From a virus, in IMG/VR virus record IMGVR_UViG_3300044611_001420: a stretch of DNA of 64,000 nucleotides, one strand, 5' to 3'. The position numbers were made by a program, and so were the translations under genes. The notes below the pieces were generated by a model. It was not told where the DNA came from. It saw only the letters and a list, made by a program, of their open reading frames with translations, and ran no database searches. Of this stretch, positions 41,865-50,114 are shown in pieces (the stretch's first letter is position 1; each line of letters starts with the position of its first letter).

Positions 41865-42665
41865 ATGCTTGATGAGGCAAAGAAAAGAGAGAAAATTGCC
41901 AATGCATTTTTAGCAGCAACAATGGCTGCATCTGCTGCTCAATCACCAAAAGATTTTGTAAGAACAGGAAATATTGAAGCACCAGGAACTGCTCTTATGC
42001 AAATGTGGGCAAAGAAGAGAGGAGAAGCAGAAAGAAACTTAGACCACGGAAGAGTTGTCGCAAGAAATGTAAAGAAGAAAACATTCAAAGAGTTTGTAGA
42101 AGAAGCATATTTAATTGAAGCAAGACAACCAACATTTTCAAGTCGTGCAGAACTTGAAAAGCATCACGGTGGAATCCCATCAGGATATTATGCAAATAAT
42201 GCTAATAGTAGTGAAAACCCAAAGTGGAGATTAAAACCAAAAGAGGGTGGTGTTAAGGAAAGACAAGTAAGAGCAGAAAGAATTGCAACTTTAAGTTCCG
42301 ATGAAGATAAGAAATCAGCAACAAAAAAAGCAAATAAATTAAAAAGAGCAGGACTTGACACACATCATATTACTCCATTACATTATTCTTCAAAATTAAA
42401 AGCATCTATGACTGATGCTGAGTGGCAGGAAAGGGTGAAAAAAGATGCAGCACAAGGAGTATATCACGGGCATCATCCTAAAAATATAATGGGAGCAGTA
42501 ACTAATAAAACTCCAGAGAGTAGAAGCAGAAGAGGTATTCTTCATAGAGCAGGTGGAGCACACGAATTAGAAGGAAAAACAAGAGATATTGCACACGTTG
42601 GACATAAAGGATTGCTTGCTGCAGCACATAAACAAAGACTTAGAAAAGAAAAGGGAAATAAATAA
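41865..42665 (+). CDS. Putative internal head protein with internal CTS-like motif and His-rich (HNH-like) C-terminus
   Basis: KKTFKEFVEEAYLIEA; DTHHITPL...HGHHPKN; GATAAATA upstream. Confidence 0.65.
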   Translation: MLDEAKKREKIANAFLAATMAASAAQSPKDFVRTGNIEAPGTALMQMWAKKRGEAERNLDHGRVVARNVKKKTFKEFVEEAYLIEARQPTFSSRAELEKHHGGIPSGYYANNANSSENPKWRLKPKEGGVKERQVRAERIATLSSDEDKKSATKKANKLKRAGLDTHHITPLHYSSKLKASMTDAEWQERVKKDAAQGVYHGHHPKNIMGAVTNKTPESRSRRGILHRAGGAHELEGKTRDIAHVGHKGLLAAAHKQRLRKEKGNK

Positions 42666-42682
42666 AAGAAAACCATAAGCAT

Positions 42683-43126
42683 ATGAAAACTTTCAGAGAG
42701 TTTATAGAAGAAGCATATCTTATTGAGATGCGTAAAGAGGATAAAGTTAAAGGAAGAACAAAAACTCCTCTTACAATTGACCGCACCAGAACATATAGTA
42801 CTCCAGGTTCAGCTAGACGAGCACCAGAAGGTAGTGGCAAAAAATGGATTGTAACTCCATCAAAAACAGAAACTCATACCGATAAGGCTATTAACCCAAC
42901 AGTATCAGGAGGAAGATTTAAACAAGGTGGTAGTGGAGGGAGCGAATATAATTATAGGAGACACGCACACGGAGGCGCTGCAAGTTGGCAAGATAGACCA
43001 GGTGCAGGAGCAGCAAGAGGAGTTAAGAAAGTCAAAGGTGAAAAGAAACCAGAAGTAGGGCATCTGACACCAGCATATCGAGTTGCATCTAGAAGAAGAA
43101 ACGCAGAATACCTAGGAAGAAGATGA
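42683..43126 (+). CDS. Putative internal head protein (CTS-like N-terminus)
   Basis: MKTFREFIEEAYLIE; very basic. Confidence 0.7.
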   Translation: MKTFREFIEEAYLIEMRKEDKVKGRTKTPLTIDRTRTYSTPGSARRAPEGSGKKWIVTPSKTETHTDKAINPTVSGGRFKQGGSGGSEYNYRRHAHGGAASWQDRPGAGAARGVKKVKGEKKPEVGHLTPAYRVASRRRNAEYLGRR

Positions 43127-43503
43127 AGACCTTTAGGCAGTTCCTAGAAGAAGCAAAGGCACCAAAACCTGATGCCCTAGAAACGATTCAAAGAAAAACA
43201 AAAGGAAGAACACCAGGAATGAAGTATGTTGTTCATACTACAAGTTCTGGTGATATTCGTGTAGATAACATTGAAGTTCCAGAGAATCAAAGAGGCAAAG
43301 GAATTGCAAAAAGAACATTTAAAGGACTTCATAAATATGCAGATAAGATTGGTAAAAATGTTTCTTTGACCCCAGTTGCAAAACCAGGATATAAAGAAAA
43401 ATTAGATAAGATGTATAGAGATCTAGGTTATCGAGACCGCACATCTTTGGATAAAATTGCTGGTGCAGATACAATGATTCGTACTCCCAAGGAGAAAAAA
43501 TGA
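43123..43503 (+). CDS. Putative internal head protein with GNAT acetyltransferase-like domain
   Basis: MKTFRQFLEEA; IEVPENQRGKGIA (motif A); LDKMYRDLGY. Confidence 0.7.
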   Translation: MKTFRQFLEEAKAPKPDALETIQRKTKGRTPGMKYVVHTTSSGDIRVDNIEVPENQRGKGIAKRTFKGLHKYADKIGKNVSLTPVAKPGYKEKLDKMYRDLGYRDRTSLDKIAGADTMIRTPKEKK

Positions 43504-45332
43504 AAACCTATCAAGAGTTTATTTCAGAAGCAAAGAAGTGTTGGCCTGGATATAAGAAGAAAGGCACACAAAAACTCTTTGGAAAGACTTATAATCGTTG
43601 TGTGAAAGAAGAAGTTGAACTTGAAGAAAGTTCAATGGGTGAAAGAAGTGGCAGAAGAACAAGAGGAAATGTCACACTCGCAAGAGGCAGAGGTGCTGAT
43701 ATGGATAAAAGTGAAAGAACCACTGCTGCTATTGCAAAGAAAGCAGGACTTAAAGGAACTGGTAAGTATTCCACTAAAGATTTGAGAACCCCATCAAGAT
43801 TATATACAACCAGTAACCCTGATGGTTATGGAGATAAAGGCAGCACAAAGGTAAGTCATTACATCACAACTCACGCATCTCCAAGAAGTGCAGCAACATC
43901 ACCGGATTTAGAAGTTATTAATAAAAAAGAATTTGCTGGTATTAAAGATGGAAAGGTAAAATTTAAATATCATCCATCCGCAGATAGTGTAAGAAAAGCA
44001 AAAGATTTTAGAAAAGCAATTACTCGTTCGGGTGGAGATAAACGAGGAAAAGTTCACGATGTAAGTATTATGCCAGATGATGCTTTTAGAGAAAAAAATC
44101 AAAATAAAGGTAGAATGCCTTTAGGAAGAAATTTAGTTAAAGGTGTTAAAGATATTCCTAAACATCTAAAATCAGCAGGAGCAAAAAAAGATGAAATAGT
44201 TACGGGGAAACCAGCTGCTGTATTGCCAGATGAGGATAAAAAAACTGGTGCAGAAAAAAGAGGAAAACTTTATGGTAAGATTTTAGGCTCTCGTGCTTCT
44301 AAAAGAAGTGAAAAAACTGGAGTAATGGTGGGATCCATTAAAGAAGTTTTGGAAATAATGCAAGAACTTGAAGAAAGTTCAATGGGTGAAAGAAGTAGAG
44401 GTAGAGCAACTCTCGCAAGAGGTCGTGGTGCTGATATGACTCGTCAAGAAAGAACCACTGCTGCTATTGCAAAGAAAGCAGGTCTTAAAGGAACTGGAAA
44501 ATTTTCAACAAAAGATTTGAGAACAAAGTCCAAAGATTATAAAACTTATGATAGTGAAGATACTGAAGATGATTATGGAAGCACAGAACAAGACCATTTT
44601 ATCCGCACTCATTCATCAGCAAGAAAAGCAGCAAAAGGTGAGCAACTAATTAAGAAGTTCAAACCAGCAGGAAGAACTCCATCTGGAATGACTAAACTCA
44701 AAACTGCACCTTCAAGTGAAAGTGTAAGAAGAGTGAAAGACTTGAAAAAGCAAATGACAAAAACAGGTGCAAATAAAACAGGAAAAGTCCATACCGTAGA
44801 TATTATGCACCGAGATAGTGAAGTTGGAAAAGGTGATAAACATCAACAAATGGAAAGAGGAAGAAACTTTATTCAAGCACTTAAAGATACTCCAAAACAT
44901 TTAAAGAAAGCAGGAGCACAGAAAGGTGATACTGTTGTTGGAAAACCAACTGCTGTTATGTCTGGTGAAGATATGAAAACTGGTGAAGCAAAAAGAGCAA
45001 AACTTTATAAGAAAGCATTCGGCAAAAGAAGCACTGAAAGGTCTGCAAAAACTGGATTGATGACGGGAGCCGTTGATGAAGAATTTAAGCAAATGCCTGG
45101 TGAATTAATGAATCAGCAAATAAGAAAACTGAGTCAAAGTCAATCTAATTTGAGAAAAGGAAGACAAACTGAAAAAAAAAGAGATAGAGAAATTAAATAT
45201 GATATTCAAATAAAAAGAATTCAAATGGCAGGAAAACAAGATTATAATAATGGAAAGGATTCTTATGATGTATTTTACAAAAATCCATTAGAAACTGGAA
45301 AAATTGTCAATCATAGATTTAGAAAAAAATAA
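43500..45332 (+). CDS. Putative internal head polyprotein with tandemly duplicated basic domain
   Basis: MKTYQEFISEA; two units each starting ELEESSMGERS. Confidence 0.75.
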   Translation: MKTYQEFISEAKKCWPGYKKKGTQKLFGKTYNRCVKEEVELEESSMGERSGRRTRGNVTLARGRGADMDKSERTTAAIAKKAGLKGTGKYSTKDLRTPSRLYTTSNPDGYGDKGSTKVSHYITTHASPRSAATSPDLEVINKKEFAGIKDGKVKFKYHPSADSVRKAKDFRKAITRSGGDKRGKVHDVSIMPDDAFREKNQNKGRMPLGRNLVKGVKDIPKHLKSAGAKKDEIVTGKPAAVLPDEDKKTGAEKRGKLYGKILGSRASKRSEKTGVMVGSIKEVLEIMQELEESSMGERSRGRATLARGRGADMTRQERTTAAIAKKAGLKGTGKFSTKDLRTKSKDYKTYDSEDTEDDYGSTEQDHFIRTHSSARKAAKGEQLIKKFKPAGRTPSGMTKLKTAPSSESVRRVKDLKKQMTKTGANKTGKVHTVDIMHRDSEVGKGDKHQQMERGRNFIQALKDTPKHLKKAGAQKGDTVVGKPTAVMSGEDMKTGEAKRAKLYKKAFGKRSTERSAKTGLMTGAVDEEFKQMPGELMNQQIRKLSQSQSNLRKGRQTEKKRDREIKYDIQIKRIQMAGKQDYNNGKDSYDVFYKNPLETGKIVNHRFRKK

Positions 45333-45389
45333 GACCACTTGCCAAACTGTCCCAAGGTGCCCCATAGGCACCTTTTTTTGTGCTATACT
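45332..45389 (+). promoter_or_regulatory. Terminator/promoter element, near-identical to the 35231 copy
   Basis: 51 of 55 nt identical to 35231-35285; TATACT at 45384. Confidence 0.7.
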
Positions 45390-45409
45390 ATTGGAAACAC
45401 AAGACTATT

Positions 45410-45817
45410 ATGGAACTTACAGTTGTAGCAATCAAACGAGACGACAATCTTTATCACTTCAATCATCCACACAATGATACTGTTGAAGAACTTTTGATGA
45501 ATGGAACTGAAGAAGCAATTGACGAACATTGCTACTTCAAAACTGGAAAGTATCCAATTGAAGGTGATGAAGTTGAGATTTCTCTTTTCCTCCAAGAACC
45601 TGATAATTGTGATACTCTTCTCGTGAAAGAAGTGTCTGATGAAGAAGGTACAACTTATACTGATACAACGATGTGTCTTCCCGTGTGGTTGTGTCCTTGG
45701 TTGCAAGGATACTTTGGTGAAGTTCCTGAAGAAATTTACATCAAAGTGCGTCCAATTAACAAAGGACTTGAATCATTTGTAAAAGCAACTGGTATGCGAG
45801 GGTTTCTCAATAAATAA
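45410..45817 (+). CDS. Hypothetical acidic protein
   Basis: ATG 45410 downstream of the promoter; WLCPWLQGYFGEVPEEIYIK motif. Confidence 0.65.
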   Translation: MELTVVAIKRDDNLYHFNHPHNDTVEELLMNGTEEAIDEHCYFKTGKYPIEGDEVEISLFLQEPDNCDTLLVKEVSDEEGTTYTDTTMCLPVWLCPWLQGYFGEVPEEIYIKVRPINKGLESFVKATGMRGFLNK

Positions 45818-45826
45818 AAGTAAAAA

Positions 45827-46066
45827 ATGAAAACCTTTCAAGAGTTTATGAGTGAGCATTGCGGTTGTGTAGATAATGCAGTCAATGAACTTGAAAGTGG
45901 ATTAAAAAAACTGAATGATACTTCTTATGATTCAATTGATAAATTGATGCGTAAGATTATGAAAAAGCATAAGATGACTGCAAAACAACTACACAATGCT
46001 TTTGTTGATACTCACGGTAAAATACCAGATGAGTGGATAAAAGAAATAAATAAAAGAAAAAAGTAG
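45827..46066 (+). CDS. Small protein with CTS-like N-terminus
   Basis: MKTFQEFMSE; AATAAATA upstream. Confidence 0.7.
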   Translation: MKTFQEFMSEHCGCVDNAVNELESGLKKLNDTSYDSIDKLMRKIMKKHKMTAKQLHNAFVDTHGKIPDEWIKEINKRKK

Positions 46067-46070
46067 TTAG

Positions 46071-46229
46071 ATGAAACCAACACCAAGAGAATTGCAGGAA
46101 ACCTATAAGATTCATTCACAACTTATAGAGCATCTCATCTCAGAGGGTTATGCAGATGATAATGAATCTGCAAATAAAATCATTGAGGGTATGAGTGAGA
46201 CTTGGTTCAGTACAATTATTAAGGACTGA
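46071..46229 (+). CDS. 52-aa stand-alone EGYA...MSE.W module protein (below the ORF-track cutoff)
   Basis: MKPTPRELQETYKIHSQLIEHLISEGYADDNESANKIIEGMSETWFSTIIKD. Confidence 0.65.
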   Translation: MKPTPRELQETYKIHSQLIEHLISEGYADDNESANKIIEGMSETWFSTIIKD

Positions 46230-46305
46230 CACTTCTCAAACCGTCCACTCCCCTTGCCACGCAGCAGCATCCGTGGTATGATTACTAGGTAATCGAGAGA
46301 GACAG

Positions 46306-46524
46306 ATGGAAGTTCTTGAATTTACTGATTCTTCTGCTATCGCAAAGATTCAGTTTGATTATGCTGAAAATCAGGTAGGTATTGCTTATACTTACAAACC
46401 AGAGCAAGTTTATGTCTTCAAGTGCAATGACTTGACTTTGGTGAAAGAACAGGTTAAAGTTACTGATAGTGTTGGGAAACTTATTTCTCAATTTCGTAAA
46501 GATGGGACTTTGATTTCTGTTTGA
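46306..46524 (+). CDS. KTSC-like small protein
   Basis: DSSAIAKIQFD...YVF...SVGK pattern; preceded by the dyad promoter at 46228-46282. Confidence 0.5.
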   Translation: MEVLEFTDSSAIAKIQFDYAENQVGIAYTYKPEQVYVFKCNDLTLVKEQVKVTDSVGKLISQFRKDGTLISV

Positions 46525-46549
46525 CAAAGAGTTCCAGATCCTCTATAAT
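46521..46549 (+). promoter_or_regulatory. Consensus sigma70 promoter for the first tRNA group
   Basis: TTGACA-N17-TATAAT. Confidence 0.85.
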
Positions 46550-46562
46550 TGATCTGGTTCAA

Positions 46563-46650
46563 GCGAGTGAGACTTGGTAGTCAGAGGAGTCTTATAAACT
46601 CTTTCCGCCAGATTAGCGGCTTTGACCTGGTTCGAATCCAGGCACTCGTA
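46563..46650 (+). tRNA. Atypical tRNA, anticodon UAU (Ile?), long variable arm
   Basis: GCGAGTG/CACTCGT acceptor, CT-TAT-AA loop, CCGC/GCGG variable stem, CCTGG-TTCGAAT-CCAGG T arm. Confidence 0.7.
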
Positions 46651-46703
46651 TTGCTATTCGTTATTTGCGAATAGCGAATAACTCATAATTTATATAAATA
46701 GTT

Positions 46704-47099
46704 ATGAGTTATTTACAATTTAATATGCCTAGAAAAAGAAAAACTTCTGCTGATTGTGATATAATACGAGAGTATCAACGCAATTGGTTGAAAGACAAAC
46801 TTAAAAATGACCCCGAGTACAAAGCAAGGCATTATGCCAACAGGCAAAATCGAGCAAAACAAAACAAAGAAAATTTAACTAATTTAAAAGAAAATATTTC
46901 TTGTTCTGCTTGTGGAGAATATCATCCCTCGTGTTGTATGGACTATCATCATTTAGATCCAAGTGTAAAAGAAAAGGGTGTGTCTCAAATGATACAAGGA
47001 AATTCTTGGCAAAAAATTGAAGAAGAAATTTCTAAATGTATTTTAGTATGTTCAAATTGTCATCGTAAAATACATGAAGGTCTAATCACGCTCGTTTAG
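46704..47099 (+). mobile_element. HNH homing endonuclease (Zn-binding) in tRNA cluster
   Basis: CSAC...DYHHLDP...KCILVCSNCHRKIH; TATAAATA at 46693. Confidence 0.8.
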
Positions 47100-47161
47100 C
47101 AATCTGGGAATGCAATCGTCTCATAAACGATAGAAGGTCGGATCGTAACCGACAACGAGCA
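47090..47161 (+). tRNA. tRNA-CAU (Met or Ile2)
   Basis: GCTCGTT/AACGAGC acceptor; ATCGT-CTCATAA-ACGAT; unusual T loop ATCGTAA. Confidence 0.8.
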
Positions 47162-47162
47162 C

Positions 47163-47191
47163 TTGACAATCAAAGCACACTCTGCTATGAT
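47163..47191 (+). promoter_or_regulatory. sigma70 promoter
   Basis: TTGACA-N17-TATGAT. Confidence 0.75.
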
Positions 47192-47201
47192 TGTCTTATA
47201 A

Positions 47202-47276
47202 GGGACTGTTGCTTATTGGTTAAAGCCCACTGCTTATAACGGTGTGAACAGAGTTCAATTCTCTGCAGTCCTACCA
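47202..47276 (+). tRNA. tRNA-Ile(UAU)
   Basis: GGGACTG/CAGTCCT; CACTG-CTTATAA-CGGTG; encoded CCA. Confidence 0.85.
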
Positions 47277-47277
47277 A

Positions 47278-47620
47278 GCGAGTATGGTGGAATCGGTAGA
47301 CACACCAGACTTATGAAAATTGAGCCTCATTTGAGAAATCTTATGAGTGTAATTCCTCAAATTCGGTGAAACCTGTAAAATGGCAATACCGAGCGAAGTT
47401 GCAAGACAGTTGGAAAGACAACGGCTACCCAATGTGCTTCTAGAGAGGGTTGGAATTATCTAGAAAATGCAAAACGTGTAGAGACTAGACGGGGAACACC
47501 TAAACTGAAAGGTATGGTGAAGGTATAGTCCAGACCACAAACCGAAAGGGTAGTGAAAACTATAGTGGTAAGAAAATCTGTTGGGCATTGCCCGTGGGAG
47601 TTCAAGTCTCCCTACTCGCA
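47278..47620 (+). tRNA. trnL: tRNA-Leu(UAA), split by a group I intron (exons 47278-47312 and 47573-47620)
   Basis: GCGAGTA/TACTCGC acceptor; spliced loop CAGA-CT-T|AA-AA-TCTG; long variable arm. Confidence 0.9.
47313..47572 (+). ncRNA. Group I self-splicing intron (260 nt, trnL-UAA type)
   Basis: Follows U, ends in G; IGS GAG; core elements AATTCGGTGAAAC, GGCAATACCGAGC, GTAGAGACTAGACGGG, AAGGTATAGTCC. Confidence 0.9.
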
Positions 47621-47664
47621 CTTGCCCGAAAGGGCAAACACACATTATTTCAGTTATTAGTATT

Positions 47665-48249
47665 ATGATTGAACAGTTTATTTCCGATTTGAAAACTATT
47701 CCCTCTGAGGAATATAAAAAATTCTTCATTCAAGCAAATAAAGTTGCTGCGATGTATCCCCTAAATGAAGGGATTGATTGTTTTGCTAGGGGTGAATCAA
47801 TTGAATTTGGATTCATTGAAACCTTCTCAAAATATATTGATATTAAAGCATCAGAAAAGAAAGAAAAAAATGACCCAGATGGTCTTTATCGCACAAAACA
47901 TCTTTGGGATGCAAAAACGAAAAAATTTGGTTTGGAACCCCAAGAAAAGAAATCTTGGTTGATCAAATCAAAAACTTGGGATTTCAAAAAAACTCAGTCG
48001 GGAGTTTCTGAGTTCAAAACTAGGTCCGAATGGTTTGTTTTGATTGATCCTTGGACTCACCGACTTGCCGTTCTTGACGCAAAACTTCTGTTTTCTAAAA
48101 ACTTTACTGAAGGTAAATCGAGAATTACTTTCTCAGTTTCTCAGGAAGATATTACAATGATTTATGATGGCATAAATGATGTAGAAGAAGTTAATGTTGT
48201 ACCTGAGAGCAAAACTCTGCTAAAATACATTTGGGAACAAGCACAATAG
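47665..48249 (+). CDS. Putative PD-(D/E)xK nuclease
   Basis: PDG...WDAK spacing; directly upstream of a DNA methylase; ATG 47665 (the tracked start lies inside the tRNA). Confidence 0.45.
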   Translation: MIEQFISDLKTIPSEEYKKFFIQANKVAAMYPLNEGIDCFARGESIEFGFIETFSKYIDIKASEKKEKNDPDGLYRTKHLWDAKTKKFGLEPQEKKSWLIKSKTWDFKKTQSGVSEFKTRSEWFVLIDPWTHRLAVLDAKLLFSKNFTEGKSRITFSVSQEDITMIYDGINDVEEVNVVPESKTLLKYIWEQAQ

Positions 48250-48254
48250 ACTAA

Positions 48255-49094
48255 ATGAAACAATTTCCATTAAAGACAATGCTCCGTTACCCCGGAGGAA
48301 AGAGTAAAGCACTTAAAACTCTTGCTCCTTGGTTTCCTACTGACTTCAAAGAATTCAGAGAACCATTCTTGGGTGGTGGAAGCATTTCTTTAATGGTATC
48401 ACAAAACTATCCAAAAGTTCCCATCTGGGTCAACGACAAGTATTATTACTTGTATAACTTTTGGATTCAACTAAGAGATAATGGTCAAACATTATCTGAG
48501 AAGTTGAGAGCAATCAAAGAAGAAGTGAATGGTGACGATGAGGCACATAAAGACTTGTTTAATAGGTATCAGAGTGACATTGAAACTCTGGAACCTTTTG
48601 AACAAGCAATTGCTTTCTTTATTTTAAATAAGTGTTCTTATTCAGGTTTGACTGAAAATTCTACTTTCTCAGTTCAAGCATCACGTTCCAACTTCTCTTT
48701 GGTTGGAATTGATAAACTTCCAAAGTATTCTTATATCATTAAGAATTGGAAGATTACGAACATTGATTATGCCGAGGTAATGAATGACCCTGGTGAGGAA
48801 GTATTTGTCTTTCTTGACCCTCCTTATGATATTAAAGATTTCCTGTATGGAACAGGGAGAAAACTACACTCATCATTCTCTCACGAAAGATTTGCAGACG
48901 ATGTGGATGCGTGTCCGCACCGTTTTATGATTACTTACAATCTAAATGATTGGTTATTGAATCGTTATAAAGAGTATAATTTAAATGAATGGAAACTTAG
49001 ATACTCTATGGTTCATCGTGGTGAAAAAGGAACTCAGGATAATGTAAAGACTGAACTTTTGGTTACAAATTATGATTTAAATTCAGTTTTATAA
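48255..49094 (+). CDS. dam: DNA adenine methyltransferase (Dam/D12 class)
   Basis: LRYPGGKS, EPFLGGGS, FLDPPY. Confidence 0.9.
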   Translation: MKQFPLKTMLRYPGGKSKALKTLAPWFPTDFKEFREPFLGGGSISLMVSQNYPKVPIWVNDKYYYLYNFWIQLRDNGQTLSEKLRAIKEEVNGDDEAHKDLFNRYQSDIETLEPFEQAIAFFILNKCSYSGLTENSTFSVQASRSNFSLVGIDKLPKYSYIIKNWKITNIDYAEVMNDPGEEVFVFLDPPYDIKDFLYGTGRKLHSSFSHERFADDVDACPHRFMITYNLNDWLLNRYKEYNLNEWKLRYSMVHRGEKGTQDNVKTELLVTNYDLNSVL

Positions 49095-49126
49095 ATAAAA
49101 GTATATAAAACACAATTTTTGGATCA

Positions 49127-49810
49127 ATGAACTATAAGGACCTTCAGAACATTTCCGAACTTTCTCAACAAATTCTTACAGAAGCTGCTTCAGAAGAGCA
49201 CAATGTGATGAATCGTTGGCCTTACACTTCACCTTATCTTCAAGAGGAAAGAGCACCTGGTGTAAAACCCTATCGTGCAAATCCAACTCAAGCAGAAGTT
49301 AGAGCAGATGCTGCAAAAGCAGCAAAGAAAAAGGCAGAAGCAGGAAAGGACAAACCAGGTTATGGTCCTGAAGAGAAGTTCAAAGATTGGAAAGACAGAG
49401 CAACCCCAACTTCAACACTCAAGAGAAAGGGTGGAGAAGAAGAAACTGTTTCTCAAAGAATGAACCGTGAAAAACCTTATGCTAAGAGAATGACTGGTCA
49501 AATGGCAAGAGAGTACGGAAGCCGTCATGCTGCTGAAGTTACTCGTGTCGTCAAAGGTGCTGGTGAACCACAAGCAGTTACATATCCAAGACAGGGCAGA
49601 GAAGAAGAAAAACCAAAAGCAAAGGCAAGACTCTCAAGAGAGATTATTCGTAAAGGTAAGCAAGAAGAAGGTTTTGACCTTTATGATTTAGTTCTCGCAC
49701 ACCTCATTGATGAAGGTTATGCAGAGACTCAAGAAGCAGCAACTGCAATTATGGCAAATATGAGTGAAGGATGGGTTGATGCCATCGTTGATTCTTATAT
49801 TCAAGACTGA
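49127..49810 (+). CDS. Late protein with C-terminal EGYA...MSE.W module
   Basis: TATAAATA at 49090; DLYDLVLAHLIDEGYAETQEAATAIMANMSEGW. Confidence 0.7.
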   Translation: MNYKDLQNISELSQQILTEAASEEHNVMNRWPYTSPYLQEERAPGVKPYRANPTQAEVRADAAKAAKKKAEAGKDKPGYGPEEKFKDWKDRATPTSTLKRKGGEEETVSQRMNREKPYAKRMTGQMAREYGSRHAAEVTRVVKGAGEPQAVTYPRQGREEEKPKAKARLSREIIRKGKQEEGFDLYDLVLAHLIDEGYAETQEAATAIMANMSEGWVDAIVDSYIQD

Positions 49811-49884
49811 GAATTTGACAATTTTAAACTAATAATTTAAAATTACATATATAAATAATAATTATTTTATTTTTTATAGAAATT

Positions 49885-50082
49885 ATGTCTGATACTGTAA
49901 ATCAAATTGCCTCTGCTTTTGAAACTTGGAAACAAGAAGATGAAAAGTTTGAGAATGGAAATGGTTCTGCTGGAACTAGAGCAAGAAAAGCACTTCAAGA
50001 AATTGCAAAACTTGCCAAAGTTCGTAGAGCAGAAATCTCAGAAACAAAAAATTCAAGAAAAGAAGAAAAAGCAGACTCTTGA
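49885..50082 (+). CDS. Hc1-like (histone H1-like) small DNA-binding protein
   Basis: KFENGNGSAGTRARKALQEIAKLAKVRRAEI; TATAAATA at 49850. Confidence 0.75.
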   Translation: MSDTVNQIASAFETWKQEDEKFENGNGSAGTRARKALQEIAKLAKVRRAEISETKNSRKEEKADS

Positions 50083-50085
50083 TTT

Positions 50086-50093
50086 TATAAATA
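50086..50093 (+). promoter_or_regulatory. T4-type late promoter for the leader transcript
   Basis: Exact TATAAATA. Confidence 0.7.
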
Positions 50094-50114
50094 AACACAT
50101 ACGATATTAAAACA

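Noticed and set aside
47313-47572. Intron-encoded homing endonuclease
   Set aside because: The intron is only 260 nt with no suitable ORF.
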